A stretch of DNA of 64,000 bases from an uncultured Candidatus Rokubacteria bacterium (GCA_963708025.1 CAVPSB010000013.1:256001-320000), one strand, 5' to 3'. Counted from the stretch's first letter, positions 49,566 to 61,777 are shown. Notes: generated from the letters alone by a model not told the origin. A program made the numbers and translations.

Positions 49566-51735
49566 CTAGCGACGACCGCCGCCCCGGCCGCCGCCGCCAC
49601 CACCACCGCGAGCGCCTCCCCCGCTGAAGCCGCCGGAGCTGCGGGCGCCGGCCCCCCCGCTGCTCGATCCGGAGGTCTGGCTGTAGGAACGCTCACGAGA
49701 CTCTCCCGTGCTCCGAGCCTGCTGCTCGCGGTCCAGTGACTGGGTGGTCTCCCGCGTGGTGCCGGAGCCGCCGCCGCTCCACTGCCCGCCCTCGCTCCGC
49801 TCCCAGCCGTCGGTGCCGCGCCGATAGGCGCTCCCGTCGTGGCCGGCATAGACATCGTTCGCCCGCGCCTGGGCGCGCTGCTGCGCTTGCTGCCGCTGCT
49901 CGCCGCTCAGGCTCTGGGTTCGGCTCTGCAGGTTGGACTTGACCTGGCCCTGGTTCCACTTGCCGTAGGCGTTGGAGCGGTTGATGTTGACGTTCCGGTT
50001 GACGTCAACGTCGACGTCGCCCCGGCAGCAGCCCCAGGCGCCGCCCCAGATCGCCCCTCCGACCGCGGCGCCGACCACGAATCCGGTGAACGCGCCCCAG
50101 GCGAAGCCGGCTCCGGAGCCGTAGTAGGTGGGGGAGTACGGATACCACACGCTGCCGGCATACACGGGGTAGACATAGCCGGTGCCGTACACGACCACGC
50201 TCGTCGGCGCCACGACCGTCCCGTAGTATCCCGGCGTGTACCCCATCACGACCGTGGTGGGCGTGGATCCGTACACGTACACGTAGGTGACGTAGTGCAG
50301 CGGCGAGCTGGCCGGGATGGTGTAGATCACCGCCGGCACGGACGTCGCCACGGTCCACGGGCCGTTCACGGATCGTCCCGACGAACCACACCCCGTTCTG
50401 CAGGGCGTAGTACGTGCTCGCGTCCGCCTGGATGACCGGGATCGGCGAGTTCACCACGTAGTGGAGCGGGGTATCTTCGATCGGTTTGAGCTGCGGCGAC
50501 CCGTCGTAGGTGGCCTGCAGCGTCGCCGTCTGCCGGTTCACCTCGGCCGTCTGCGGGATGCTGTTGTCGATCAAGGCCTCCTGGGCCTGCGGGGTGCCGG
50601 CGACCGAGGCCAGGACGGCGCCGCGCGGATGGTTCTCGGGAATCTTGGCGAAGTCGGGCGGAAGCTTGTCGTGGTCCACGTACTCCCACGGCCCCCGCTC
50701 CAGGGACTTGCCACGGAACCACCGGCCCGCCAGCAGGACGTAGTGATCAGCGGTCTTCTGGTCGACGAGGATGTTGGCCGAGCTGTTCTTGACGTGGAGC
50801 AGCTCGGTCCCGCCGATCGACTCGTAGGCCGGCTGCCCGTCGGTCTGGATCAGCTCCGCCGGCACCGTGCTCACGTGGATGGTCGGGTAGCGCCCCTGCC
50901 CCGCCGCCTCCTTCAATCCCGGCCCCGGGTCGTCCAGCAGGTTGACCTGCTGGCTCTTGGCGAGGCTCTGGCGGGCCGTCTCCAGGGAGGCCGGGGGGCG
51001 GGCCGAGATGGCCCAGGGGCCCTCGACCGCGCCGGCCTCGGCCCAGCGGCCCAGGACGCGCAGGTAGTACTTCCCCGAGGACCCGTCCACGAGGACCAGG
51101 GCCCACGTGTTGATCACTCGAAGGAGCTTGCTCCCTTCCACCTGCCGCAGGACGGGCTTGTCGTCCACCAGGACGAGCAGGGCCGGCGACGGGCTGAACA
51201 GGATGCGGGGCGGGTCGTTCTTGACCGGCTCGGCCTTCTGCTGCCGGCTCTGGGCTTCCGTGATGGCCAGGGAGGCCTGGAGCCGATCGAGGGCGACCGT
51301 CCGCACACCCTTCGGCAGGCTCTTGCGAAGGATCTCCAGATACGTCCAGTCTGCCTTCCCGGCGGCGCCGGGGAAGCTCGCTTTCGTGATCTGGATCTTG
51401 TCCAGCGCCACGAGCCGGTTGACCCGGTCCACCTCCGTCCGGGCCGTGATCCAGGCCACCCCGAAATCGGGCTGGGGCGCGGACGGCTGCTCGACCGAAA
51501 CGGCGGCCCGGGCCTCGAGCGCGGTCCCGTCCCACTTGTCCAGCTGGGGCTGGTAGACGCGGATGGTGTAGGTGCCGCTCGTGACCTGCCGCGGCCACGG
51601 GCGATCCACCTGCTCCGCGGCCGTGCCGCCCCCCGGGCTTTGCGCGGCGACCCGGACCGGGGCATGCGAGAGCACCAGGAGCACAACGAGCGCCATGGCC
51701 GCCCCTCGCCTCAACGGAGCAGTCGTGGCATTCAT
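49566..51735 (-). CDS. Large exported protein of the family often annotated carbohydrate-binding V/XII, with Gly/Arg-rich tail; frameshift near 50370
   Basis: WPRQ, YQPQ, GRWFR...L..GPW, DFAKIP, IPQTA.V, NGVWF..GPW.VA.SVP..IYTIP.SSPL.YVTYV, GYTPGY.G, NDVYAG.DG..YR. Confidence 0.75.
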
Positions 51736-51757
51736 GGCAGTTCTCCCCGACGCCATC

Positions 51758-52291
51758 TCACGGCGTCCGGTACGTCAGCCCCGGCCAGCGCGCGAGGCCG
51801 GTCAAGTCGTACTCCGCTTCCTGCCGGTCGAACTGGATGATCTCGGAGAGGAGCAGCCGCAGCACGAAATCGCTCTCCCCCGTCACGCCCTGGAACGCTC
51901 CGGTCCCTCCGGTCAGGACAAACCGCCCGGCGCATCCCTTGTCCGGCGCGCCCGCGCACGTCCATCGGGCGAAGAGTCGGTCCCCGCCCCCGGTCGTGAT
52001 GACGCAGCGCCCTTCGCCGCGCTGGGCTCCGGCCGCATAGTCCATGTCGACCGCGGCCGGGCACACGAGCTGCGCCCCATCGAGAGTCCGGGGCCCCTTC
52101 TCGACGGTGAGGGGTCCACCGAAGGCTCCCAGCAGGAACGCTTGCTGCGGCCCGGTCACGAAGAGCCGCGCCCGGGCCTGCCAGGATGCGGCCGCCTGCA
52201 CCGAGTGCTCCTCCGCGTGCGCCGGAGGCGTGCCACCGATGGCGATGGCCGCGGCCGACAAGATGGATGTGATCGCCTGACGATAGCCCAT
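51758..52291 (-). CDS. Hypothetical exported beta-barrel-like protein with four Cys
   Basis: Signal peptide; G.GRC..T...GD.L.A.W.C.G...C.G.F.LTGGTG.F.G.TG; GGAG RBS. Confidence 0.65.
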   Translation of the reverse strand: MGYRQAITSILSAAAIAIGGTPPAHAEEHSVQAAASWQARARLFVTGPQQAFLLGAFGGPLTVEKGPRTLDGAQLVCPAAVDMDYAAGAQRGEGRCVITTGGGDRLFARWTCAGAPDKGCAGRFVLTGGTGAFQGVTGESDFVLRLLLSEIIQFDRQEAEYDLTGLARWPGLTYRTP

Positions 52292-52348
52292 CCGTACTCT
52301 CCGATGAACCCCTCGATCGCGTTAACGCGACAGACGCAAGTTGGCACC

Positions 52349-54040
52349 CTACCGCCCGGCCGACATCAGGCCCACGATGACCGGGCCCCAGGCCGTCAGC
52401 AGGATGTTCCCGATGGCGTAGGGCACCGTGTAGCCCAGCGCCGGCACCTTGCTCTGCGCCTCGTCCTGGATGGCGCGGAGGGCCGCCGTGATCGTCCCGG
52501 CGCCGGCGCAGGCCCCCAGGAGGATGAGCGGGTTCATCCGCAGCACGTAGCGCCCGAAGAGGATCGCCGTGATGTGGGGGATCAGGGAGCACGCCAGGCC
52601 CACCACGACCAGGCTGATCCCGGTCTTCTGGAGCCCGGTCACGAAGCCGGGGCCGGCGCTCAGCCCCACCACGCCGATGAACACGCACAGCCCCACGGTG
52701 TCGAAGATCCAGATCGCCGGCTCGGGCATCCGCCCGAAGTACGGCCGCACCGAGCGCAGCCACCCGAACACCAGCCCCATGATGAGGGCGCCGCCGCTGG
52801 CGGTGAGGGTCAGCGGCAGCCCGGCGACCGTGACCGAGAGGAGGCCGACCAGCCCGCCGAGCACGATGCCGATGCCCACGAAGATCATGTCCGTGGCATT
52901 GGTGGGCCGGTCGGGGTACCCGAGGTCCTGGGCCGCGCGCTCCACCTCCGGCCTGCTGCCGATCAGGCTCATCACGTCGCCCCGGTCGATGCGCGTCTCG
53001 AGGGTGGCCGGCATCTCCTCCCCCGCCCGCAGCAGCTTCTTCAGGAACACCCCCCGGGCGAACGGGAGGCTGGCCAGCTCCCGCAGGGTCATCCCCACCC
53101 GGGCCCGGTTCGTCACCACCACGTCCAGCATCTCGATCGGGATGTCCAGCAACGCCCGGTCTTCCACCTCGGGCCCGATCTTGGCCCCGTGCTCCACCAG
53201 GACGTCGTACCGCGTCGCCACCGCCACCACGTCGTCCCCCCGGATCACCGTGGTCGGCGTGACCTCCAGGATCTCCCCCTGCCGCCGCACCCGCAGGATG
53301 AAGACCCGGGCGTCCTTCGGCCGCGCCTCCAGCTCCCCGACCGTCCGGTTCACCAGCTGCTCGCTCGTCACCCGGTAGGCCCGGACCTCAAGCCCCCGCG
53401 CCGCCGACACGATCCCCAGCTCCGGCTCCGCCACCCCCGGCGCCGCCGCCTGCGCCTTCCGGCTCTCCTCCCGCAGGTTCACCCCCATCAGCTTGGGCCC
53501 CATCACCGGCAGGAACCACACCAGGCCGGCGGTGCCGATCAGGTAGGTCACCGCGTAGGCGATCGGGATGTTGTTCACCAGCCGCGCCCGCTCCGCCTCC
53601 GGCAGCGGCAGCCGGTTGATCGCCTCCCCCGCTGTCCCGATCACCGTGGACTCCGAGAACGCCCCCGCCAGCAGCCCCGCCGTGGTCCCCACGTCGTAGC
53701 CGAGGAGCATGGCGGCGACGTAGGCGGTCACCAGACACGTCACGCAGAGGACCACGGTCAGCGTGACCTGGGTCAGCGCGTCCTTCTTCAGGCCCCGGAA
53801 GAACTGCGGCCCCACCTTGTAGCCCGTCGTGAACAGGAACAGGTCGAAGAAGACCGTCTTGACGGTCGCCGGGACCTGGACGTTGAGCTGGCCGACCAGC
53901 ACCCCCGCCAGCAGCGTCCCTACCACCGTCCCGAAGCTGAAGCTCCCGATCTTCAGGCGTCCCACGAAGAACCCGATCGCCAGTGTGAGAAAGATCGCCA
54001 GCTCGGGGTTGTGCCGGAGGGCGGCGACGAACCAGTCCAC
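52349..54040 (-). CDS. aspT: Aspartate:alanine antiporter (AspT/YidE family), copy 2
   Basis: PELAIFLTLAIG, GYKVGPQFF, YAVTYL.GT, two TrkA_C-like domains, [23 protein letters not shown]. Confidence 0.9.
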   Translation of the reverse strand: MDWFVAALRHNPELAIFLTLAIGFFVGRLKIGSFSFGTVVGTLLAGVLVGQLNVQVPATVKTVFFDLFLFTTGYKVGPQFFRGLKKDALTQVTLTVVLCVTCLVTAYVAAMLLGYDVGTTAGLLAGAFSESTVIGTAGEAINRLPLPEAERARLVNNIPIAYAVTYLIGTAGLVWFLPVMGPKLMGVNLREESRKAQAAAPGVAEPELGIVSAARGLEVRAYRVTSEQLVNRTVGELEARPKDARVFILRVRRQGEILEVTPTTVIRGDDVVAVATRYDVLVEHGAKIGPEVEDRALLDIPIEMLDVVVTNRARVGMTLRELASLPFARGVFLKKLLRAGEEMPATLETRIDRGDVMSLIGSRPEVERAAQDLGYPDRPTNATDMIFVGIGIVLGGLVGLLSVTVAGLPLTLTASGGALIMGLVFGWLRSVRPYFGRMPEPAIWIFDTVGLCVFIGVVGLSAGPGFVTGLQKTGISLVVVGLACSLIPHITAILFGRYVLRMNPLILLGACAGAGTITAALRAIQDEAQSKVPALGYTVPYAIGNILLTAWGPVIVGLMSAGR

Positions 54041-54079
54041 GGGTCCACCTCCTCGGGTTTACTTCGTGTTCACCGGCTC

Positions 54080-55694
54080 TCAGGTCTTCGGCGCGCGCTT
54101 CGAGGCCTCGAAGGCGTCCCGGTAGCCCCGCGCGATCGACCGGACCCCCCGCCCGATGTCGTCGTACACGTCGTCGGCCAGGTTGGCCAGGGACACGCGC
54201 AGCGACCAGTCGGGCGCCTCGAAGCCGCCGCCGTTCAGGAGCACGATGCCGTGGTTCTCGGCGAGGCGGAACGCCAGGTCGAGCGGGTGGACGTTCTTCT
54301 TCAGGTACTGGACCGCCTCCTCGCCGATGTTCTTCCGCGCCCAGAACTCGAAGTCGATCAGCCCGTAGTAGGCGTCGTACAGCGGGTTCGGGGTCACCTC
54401 GATCCCCAGCCCCTCGATCATCGCCAGGGCCCGCCGGTGCACGATCTCCATGCACGCCTTCTGGTAGCGCTTCTCCGCGTCCATCAGCTCGGCCAGCGAG
54501 AACAGGCTCATCATGACCTGCTGGGGCAGCGACAGCCCGGCCGTGTGGTTGAGGGCCACGTCCCGGCTGTCGGCGACGATCCGGTCGATGAACTTGATCT
54601 TGCGCGGCTCGAGGGTCAGCGCGCCGTAGCGCTTGTCGAGCGCGCCGAGATCCGCGGCCGGCAGCTTCGCGATCATCCGGTCGAAGATGTTGTCCTCGTG
54701 GACCGCGATGACGCCGAGCCGCCACCCCGTGCAGCCGAAGTACTTCGAGTAGGAGTAGACGCCGATCGTGTTCTGCGGCAGCTCGCCGAGCAGCGAGCGG
54801 AAGCCCGGGACGAACGTCCCGTACACGTCGTCGGTCAGGAGCATCAGGTCCGGCCGCTTCGTCTTCACCAGGGTCGCGATCTTGCCGATCGTGTCCTTGC
54901 TGAGCGCGACGCCCGGTCGGGTTGCCGGGATTGACGAGGAAGAACGCCTTGATCTTGGGATCCTCCAGCTTCTTGAGCTCCGCGTCCGTGAACTGGAAGC
55001 GGTTCTCCTGCGGCGCCTGGATGGTCACCACGTTCAGGGCGTAGTCCTCGAGGTGCGGCATCTCGAGGTAGGGCGTGAAGATCGGCGTGCCGAGCGCGAT
55101 CGTGTCGCCGGCGCGCAGCAGGCGGTTGGCCTTCAGCGACTTGAAGATGTAGCACATCGCCGCCGTCCCGCCCTCGACGGCGTAGAGGTCGAACTTCCCG
55201 GCCGGCCGGGGCGACCCGCACATCGCCCACTGCAGGTACTCGTGCACGATCCGCTCGTTGTGGACCAGCATGCGGTCGGGGACCGGGTAGTTGTCGCCGA
55301 TGATCGAGTCCACCAGCTCGTGGACGAAGGCATCGGGCTCGAACTTGAACGTCTTCACCGCGAACGGCACCAGCGCCGCCAGGAACGGCGCCCCCGGCAT
55401 GTCGGCGTGCTTGGCCAGCCACGCCTCCAGCCGGCCGGCGACGCCCTGGGGCTGCGGCATGCCGGCGAGCCCAGCCGGATGCTCCATGACCCGCCGGCTC
55501 TCCGTGACGGCGAACTGGCCGAGGAGGAAGAAACCCTCGCGCGGCGTGGTGGCGATCCAGTTGGGGTTGCCCCGGCCGGCGTTGAGGAACGCCGACTGCG
55601 TGGTCCGGGAGGTTTTCTTGGCCAGGTGGATCAGCTCGTCCTTGATCTCGAACGGGCTGAGGGTCTCGAACTTCCGCAGCTTCATGACGTCCAT
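54080..55694 (-). CDS. aspD: L-aspartate 4-decarboxylase; frameshift near 54915
   Basis: LSPFEIKDEL, NAGRGNPNW, NYPVPDRML, EGGTAAMCYIF.SL, VNPGNP, TDDVYGTF, YSYSKYFGCTGWRLG (PLP Lys), LNHTAGLS.PQQ, RVSLANL. Confidence 0.93.
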
Positions 55695-55740
55695 GTCTGT
55701 CTCCTGCGTTCTTTGGGCCTCGTCGCGATCGGGTCGTGCG

Positions 55741-57084
55741 TCACAAGAGGTCTCGCTCCCAGTTGAGAATCACGCGAATCTGGGCGCCCAGCTGGTTGGC
55801 GTTGTCTTGATCGAGGATGACGCCGCGCACGCGAAGCCACAGGCCCTGCAGGAAGGCGGGCGTCTTCCAGGGAAGGCGGTAGTCGACGGTCAGGTCGTAC
55901 TCCCGCTGGTCGGGCGCGTTCGCCCGCGTCTTGGGATCGATGGCGTCCGTGCCCCAGACGAAGTTGAAGTTGGCGCTGAGCCCCGGGGTCAGCACCTTCG
56001 AGAAGTCGTAGGCGATGCCGACCAGCCACGCCTTCTCGTTGGCGCGGTCGAAGTCCTGGTCGATCATCGAGAGATAGCCGGGGAAGCTCCCCCACGGACT
56101 CTGGATGGTGTTGCCGGAGCCCGTGACCGAGAACGCCGCCGTCAGCGTGAGCTCCCGGTAGATCGCCTGGATGCGGGCGCCGCCTTGCTGGGTCTCCCAG
56201 AATTTCTCCGCCGCGTTGGCCACGAGCGCGTCCCCCACGGCCCGCTGGTCCGTGAACTGCGCGCCGAGACGGATCTTCCAGTCCGGGTTCAGCGCGTAGA
56301 GATAGTCCGCCTCGGCGTAGACCGTGTTGAAGGTGTCGACGCCGTACTGCTCGGTCACGTCGAGCCGCAGCCCCGGGACGGGGGTCAGCCGCACCCCGGC
56401 CAGGGCGACGCCGCGGTCGGTCCCCGTCGCCCCGGCCTGCTGGGACATGCTGACGAACTCGTCGGCGTTGCGTGGCTTGATGTCCCAGAGGTAGCCGCCG
56501 AAGTACTGGACCCAGGCCACCTTGCCGCCGAGGGTCACCCCCTCGAAGGTGTTGGGCGTCATCCGGTTGTCCTGGGGGTTGATGTAGGACTGGTCAACCA
56601 GCTGCCGGTAGCCCTTGAGCAGCGCGTAGTCCTGGTAGCGCAGCGCGCCCCACGCCTCACCGGGGACGTAGTAGCCCTCTTGCCCGGGCTTGAGGAGGAG
56701 CGTGCCGTCCTTGTCGTCCGGCGCGTAGAGGGGCGCCGAGCCATACAGGGTCGCGCCCATCGCGAAGGTGTCGAGGAGCCAGCCCGACTGGTAGGTGATC
56801 CAGCCTCCGAACGCCCACGCCTCGTTCTCGGTGCCGTCGGGCTTCTCCCGGTTGAAGTAGTAGCTGCGGAAATGCACCTTCAGATCCGTGTCCCGCAGGA
56901 ACGGGGGCAGGTCCGCCATCTGCTCCTTCAGCGGGGCGAAGAGCCGCTCCAGCGGGGGCCCCGGCGGCGGCGGCGGCGGCGCGTCTTCGGCGCAAGCCGG
57001 GCCTGCCCACGTCACCGTGCCGGCCAGCAGCACCGCCGCGGCGAGACCGCGCCAGGCTCGCATCCGCTCGCTCTGGATACCCAT
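55741..57084 (-). CDS. OprD-family outer-membrane porin; start approximate
   Basis: RSYYFNR, Y.SGW, GEAW..LR, RQL....INP.DNRM.PNTFEG, DFDRANEKAW..G..YDF, amphipathic C-terminal strand. Confidence 0.85.
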   Translation of the reverse strand: MGIQSERMRAWRGLAAAVLLAGTVTWAGPACAEDAPPPPPPGPPLERLFAPLKEQMADLPPFLRDTDLKVHFRSYYFNREKPDGTENEAWAFGGWITYQSGWLLDTFAMGATLYGSAPLYAPDDKDGTLLLKPGQEGYYVPGEAWGALRYQDYALLKGYRQLVDQSYINPQDNRMTPNTFEGVTLGGKVAWVQYFGGYLWDIKPRNADEFVSMSQQAGATGTDRGVALAGVRLTPVPGLRLDVTEQYGVDTFNTVYAEADYLYALNPDWKIRLGAQFTDQRAVGDALVANAAEKFWETQQGGARIQAIYRELTLTAAFSVTGSGNTIQSPWGSFPGYLSMIDQDFDRANEKAWLVGIAYDFSKVLTPGLSANFNFVWGTDAIDPKTRANAPDQREYDLTVDYRLPWKTPAFLQGLWLRVRGVILDQDNANQLGAQIRVILNWERDLL

Positions 57085-57164
57085 GACCCACCTCCCGGGC
57101 GCACCGTCCCGGTCATGGACCGGGCGCGCCAGTGAACCCAGCCGGGGCTTCCGATGCAGGCCGA

Positions 57165-57251
57165 GCGACGTCTTCCTGGCCAGCCGGATCACCTCGTCCT
57201 CGCTCTCGAACGGGTGGCCTCTCGAGGTGTCGGGGGCGTCCCGAGGCCCAT
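57165..57251 (-). pseudogene. Degenerate duplicate of the aspD 5' end
   Basis: CCCGTTCGAGAGCGAGGACGAGGTGATCCGGCTGGCCAGGAAGACGTC (PFESEDEVIRLARKTS) aligns with aspD CCCGTTCGAGATCAAGGACGAGCTGATCCACCTGGCCAAGAAAACCTC (PFEIKDELIHLAKKTS), including a similar RBS-ATG context. Confidence 0.65.
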
Positions 57252-57282
57252 GCCTGTTTCTCCCCTGTCCTGGGGGGGCGCC

Positions 57283-58974
57283 TCACGCCAGGAGCATGAC
57301 GATGACCATGCCCCAGATCGTGAGCAGCGTGTTGCCGACGGCGTAGGTCACGGTGTAGCCGAGCGCGGGCACCTGGCTCCGGGCGAGGTCACAGATCATC
57401 CCGAGCGACGCGGTCGTCGTGCGCGCTCCGGAACAGGCCCCGAGCAGGATCGCGTCGTGGAAGCGGAAGACGTACTTGCCGACGAACATCCCGAGGATCA
57501 GGGGTACCATGGTCGCCGCGACCCCCCACAGGAACAGGCCGAAACCGAGCGTCTTCAGGCCGCTGACGAAGCCCGGCCCCGCCGAGATGCCGACCACCGC
57601 GATGAAGATGTTGAGACCGACCGAGTTCATGAACCAGACGGTGGGCGACGGGATGCGCCCGAAGAACGGGCGCGTCGAGCGAAGCCAGCCGAACACGAGG
57701 CCGGAGATGAGGGCTCCGCCCGAAGTCGACAGCGTCAGCGGTATGCCGCCGACCTTCCAGACGAGCGCGCCGACCAGCGCACCGATCGTGATCGCGCCCC
57801 CGATGAACGCCACGTCGGCGACGTCGGTCGGCCGGTCGGCGACGCCCAGCATCTTGGCGGCCGCGGCGGTGTCCTGCGTGCGGCCCACGAGGGTGAGGAT
57901 GTCGCCCCGCTGGATCGTCGTGTTCGGCAGGATCGGGATCGAGGTGGCCGTGGCGCCCCGCGTGATCTTCCGCAGGAAGACTCCGCGGGCCCTGGGGAGC
58001 TTGGCCACCTCGGCGAGCGTCTTGCCGTCGACCGCCTTGTTGGTCACCAGGACGTCAACGCCCTCCACCGGCATGTTCAGAAGCTCCGGATCGTCGACTT
58101 CCTCCGCGTTCGCCCCGAGGACACTCACGAGCACCTCACGGACGCCGGCCACCGCCACCACATCACCCTCACGCAGCACGGTGTCCGCCGTCGCGTCCTC
58201 GATCGTCCCGCCGCGGCGGACGCGCAGGACGAAGACGCGCGCGTCGGGCACCAGCGCCTCCGCCTCGATGGCGCGCAGGCCGACGGCCTTCCCCCCCTGA
58301 CGCACGCGGTAGGCACGCACTGCCCAGCGGTGCCAGGCCGAGCCGGCCCCGCCCAGCTCCTTGGTGCCGCCCTGCTTCTCCTCGTAGTCCTTGCACGCCG
58401 CAATTAGATCGATGCGGAGAAGCGGCGGGCCGACCAGTGCCAGGACGATGGCCGAGCCGACGGTGCCGAAGAGGTAGGTCACGGCATAGGCCACCGGCAT
58501 CAGGTCGAGCAGCCCCTTGGTCTGGTCAGCAGGCAAGCCCAGCCGGTTGATGGCGTCGGTCGCGAGGCCCATCGAGGCGGAGATAGTCTGGGACCCCGCA
58601 TACAGCCCGGCCGCCGCCCCGAGGTCGTACCCGGCGAGCTTGGCGATCACGACGATGGCGGCCAGACTGAACACACACTGCACCACCGCGAAGAGCGCCT
58701 GCGGCAGGCCGTCCTTGGCGACGCCCCGGACGAACTGCGGCCCGACGCCGTAGCCGACGGCGAACAGGAACAGGAGGAAGACCGTTGCCTTGAGGGGCGG
58801 CGAGATGGTGATCCCGAGCTGTCCGATCACGACCGCCGCCAGCAGGGTGGCGGTCACCGCCCCCAGGCCGATGCCGCGGAAGGTGAACTTGCCGAAGTAG
58901 TACCCGAGGCCAAGCGAGAGAAAGATCGCGACCTCCGGGTACGTGCGCAGCGTCTGGGCGAACCAGTCAAGCAT
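57283..58974 (-). CDS. aspT: Aspartate:alanine antiporter (AspT/YidE family), copy 1
   Basis: [61 protein letters not shown]. Confidence 0.9.
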   Translation of the reverse strand: MLDWFAQTLRTYPEVAIFLSLGLGYYFGKFTFRGIGLGAVTATLLAAVVIGQLGITISPPLKATVFLLFLFAVGYGVGPQFVRGVAKDGLPQALFAVVQCVFSLAAIVVIAKLAGYDLGAAAGLYAGSQTISASMGLATDAINRLGLPADQTKGLLDLMPVAYAVTYLFGTVGSAIVLALVGPPLLRIDLIAACKDYEEKQGGTKELGGAGSAWHRWAVRAYRVRQGGKAVGLRAIEAEALVPDARVFVLRVRRGGTIEDATADTVLREGDVVAVAGVREVLVSVLGANAEEVDDPELLNMPVEGVDVLVTNKAVDGKTLAEVAKLPRARGVFLRKITRGATATSIPILPNTTIQRGDILTLVGRTQDTAAAAKMLGVADRPTDVADVAFIGGAITIGALVGALVWKVGGIPLTLSTSGGALISGLVFGWLRSTRPFFGRIPSPTVWFMNSVGLNIFIAVVGISAGPGFVSGLKTLGFGLFLWGVAATMVPLILGMFVGKYVFRFHDAILLGACSGARTTTASLGMICDLARSQVPALGYTVTYAVGNTLLTIWGMVIVMLLA

Positions 58975-59015
58975 CTTGCCCCCCGTTCGAGCGCTCGCGG
59001 CCGCTCATGCCCGGG

Positions 59016-61777
59016 TCAGCGGCCGGATGCCTTGCCGTGCCGGGCCAGGGCGTCGGGCTTCAGGAGCTCGAGGCCCTTGCCGGCGGTGTAGCCGTGGATC
59101 TCCTTCACGTCGAGCTTGCGCATGAACGCGATGATCTCCTTGGTGACGACCTGGCCCGGCACCATGATCGGGAACCCGGGCGGGTACGGGATCACGAACT
59201 TCGCCGAGACCAGCTCGGGGCCCTTGGCCAGCCGGTCGTCGATCGCCTTGCTGTCGAGCTTGACGTGCTCGAGTTGGCGGCGTCGTAGGCCATGTAGTAT
59301 GCCTCGCGCATGTGCCCTTCCTGGGTGGCGCTCTTGGGATCGTCGCGGAAGGCGTCGTGGAAGCGCTGGAAGTCGGGCAGGTCCGGCACGTCCTCGACCA
59401 GCGACTTCACCCGCGCCTTGAAGGCCGCCCGCTCCTCGTCGCCGCCATCGGCGAGCCGCTTCTCGATCGACCGCGTCATGTCGGCCAGGGCCTTGATCAG
59501 GTGGGCGAGGTCGCTCCGCGTGTTGTTGATGTTGATCTGGACGAGCACGCTGTTGCGCGAGGTCTTGTTGATCTGGATGTCGTGATCGCTGGCCAGCAGC
59601 CCCTTGAACTGGGTGCCGTCGTAGCCGGCGGCGCCACAGAGGAGCGTGATCCGCGTCGGGTCGAGGTAGAACTCGTCGTTGTCCAGCGCCGCCAGCGTGT
59701 CGGCCATCGTCCAGCCCGGGGCGCCCCAGTCGGTGAACCCCGACTTCCGGTGCTCGGCCGGGATCATCTCGGCCGGGGTGGCCACGCGGAAGTACTTGGA
59801 GATGAGCGGGTGCCCGTTGATCTGGCGCCGGGCCTCGATCGCCAGCTGGGTCGCCCGCCCGACGAGCTCGTAGCCCTCCAGCTCCATCTGCCGCCGGGCG
59901 ACGTCGAGCGAGGCGATGATCTGGAGATTGGGCGAGGTCGAGGTGTGGGTGAAGAACGCCTCCTTGAAGGAGGCCTCGACCGTGTGGAAGTCCTGGTCCG
60001 CGACCACGATGATCGAGCCCTGGCGGAGCGCCGACATCGACTTGTGCACGGAATCGGTCTCGTAGACGCGCACGCGCACCTGGTCCGGGTCCGGCAGGAG
60101 CTCCATGTCCAGGAGCTTCGGGTCCTTCGGGTCCAGCTTGCCGGCGCTGGCCTTGAACGCCTCGTAGCGCTTGCGGTACTCCGGGTCCTGCATCAGCGCA
60201 CGGATCGCCGCCGCCGCGCCCATCGCCGTGCGCCGCCGGAGGAACGGCGAGAAGCGCGCGAACCCGAACCACGCCTCGTCCCAGAGGAAGACGAGGTCCG
60301 GCTTGATCGCGAGACATTCCAGCATGGTCCGCTTGACGTTGGCGACGTGGCCGTCGAAGGTGCAGTTGGTCAGGACCACCAGCCTGGCCCGGTCGAGCTT
60401 GCCTTCCGCCTTGAGCTGGAGCAGCGCCTTCTTGATCGGCTTGATGGCGAGGCTCCCGTACATCGAGTACTGGGTGAGCGGGAAGGCGTCGATGTAGAGC
60501 GGCTGGGCGCCGGCCAGCACGAGCCCGTAGTGGTGCGACTTGTGGCAGTCCCGGTCGATCAGGACGATGTCGCCCGGCCGGAGCAGCGCCTGGTGGACGA
60601 TCTTGTTCGACGTCGACGTGCCGTTGGTGACGAAGAAGCTGCGGTCGCCGCCCAGGGCGCGGGCGGCCTTGTCCTGCGCGACCTTGATGTTGCCGGTGGG
60701 CTCGAGCAGGCTGTCGAGGCCGCCGGTGGTCGCCGACGATTCGGCGAGGAAGAGGTTGGCCCCGTAGAACTCGCCCATGTCGCGGATCCAGTTGGACTTG
60801 AAGATCGACTTCCCGCGGGCCACCGGCAGCGCGTGGAAGGTGCCGATCGGGCGCTGGGCGTAGTGCTTGAGGTTGTCGAAGTACGGGGTCTCGTAACGGT
60901 CCTTCACCCCGTCGAGGATCGCCAGGTGGATCTCCATCGGCTCCTCGACCCCGTAGAAGATTCGCCTGATGGGCGCCGCCTCCGGGGAGCCGGCCAGCCG
61001 GGCGACGTCGCGGTCGGTCATCAGGTACACGTCCAGCTCGGGCCGCCAGCGGCGCACCAGCTGCGCCAGCAGGGTCCCGAGGTCGCCGCTCCGCGCGGAC
61101 TCGGCGACCTGCACCTGGCGGGCGAGGATCTCGCGCAGCACCGGTACCGTGTACTGCGACGGGTAGCCGAAGCCGTCGCTGATCACGACCGATTGGAGAT
61201 TGGGGTTGAAGACCACGGCCAGGACCGCGTCCTCGAAGCTGCCGACCACGACTGGCTCGTAGACGAACTCGTCCTCGGCGCGGCGCAGCCGGCGGAACGT
61301 CTCCCGGATCTCCGGCCACATGGCGCGCTCGGCGGGCGAGACGTACAGGATCTCGAAGTACGGCCGCCGCGCCTGGCCGTGGCCGATCGACGGGGGCAGG
61401 ACGTCGGGCAGCCGGGCCTCGCCCTCCTCCTCGGCCTTCCAGGGCTCCTGGTCGTCCCGGTAGCTGTTGCTGAGGAGCGCGCCGCTGATCCGCTGCACCA
61501 GGCGCGCGAAGCCGGTCCAGTCCCCGGTCTGCAGGCGCTCGTGGACCTGCGCCATCAGCCGGGGGCCGGGATAGCCGCAGAGCTCCTCCAGCGGCGCCAG
61601 CTCGGCCAGCAGCTCGCGCGGGTCGGGGCGGGCGCCAGCCGCCGGCCGCGGGCCGGTCCCCGCCAGGGCCCGGGCGACGCGGTTCAGCGTCCGCCAGCGG
61701 TCGACCCGCGCCTCCGAGGCCGCGAAGAACTCGTTCAGGGCAAGGATTCGGTCGTCGGTCGTCGTTGTCGTGGTCAT
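59016..61777 (-). CDS. Orn/Lys/Arg decarboxylase (fold type I PLP, large form); frameshift near 59272
   Basis: GTFHALPVARGKS, GGLDSLLEP.G, FFVTNGTSTSNKIV, DRDCHKSHHYG, TNCTFDG, WDEAWF.FA, DSVHKS (PLP Lys), TSTSPN, IPYPPGFP...PGQ; GGAGGAG RBS. Confidence 0.92.

Noticed and set aside
57165-57215. PFESEDEVIRLARKTSLGL as an aldehyde dehydrogenase fragment
   Set aside because: It resembles the ALDH EEVIRLAN motif, but DNA-level similarity and RBS context match the neighbouring aspD start better.
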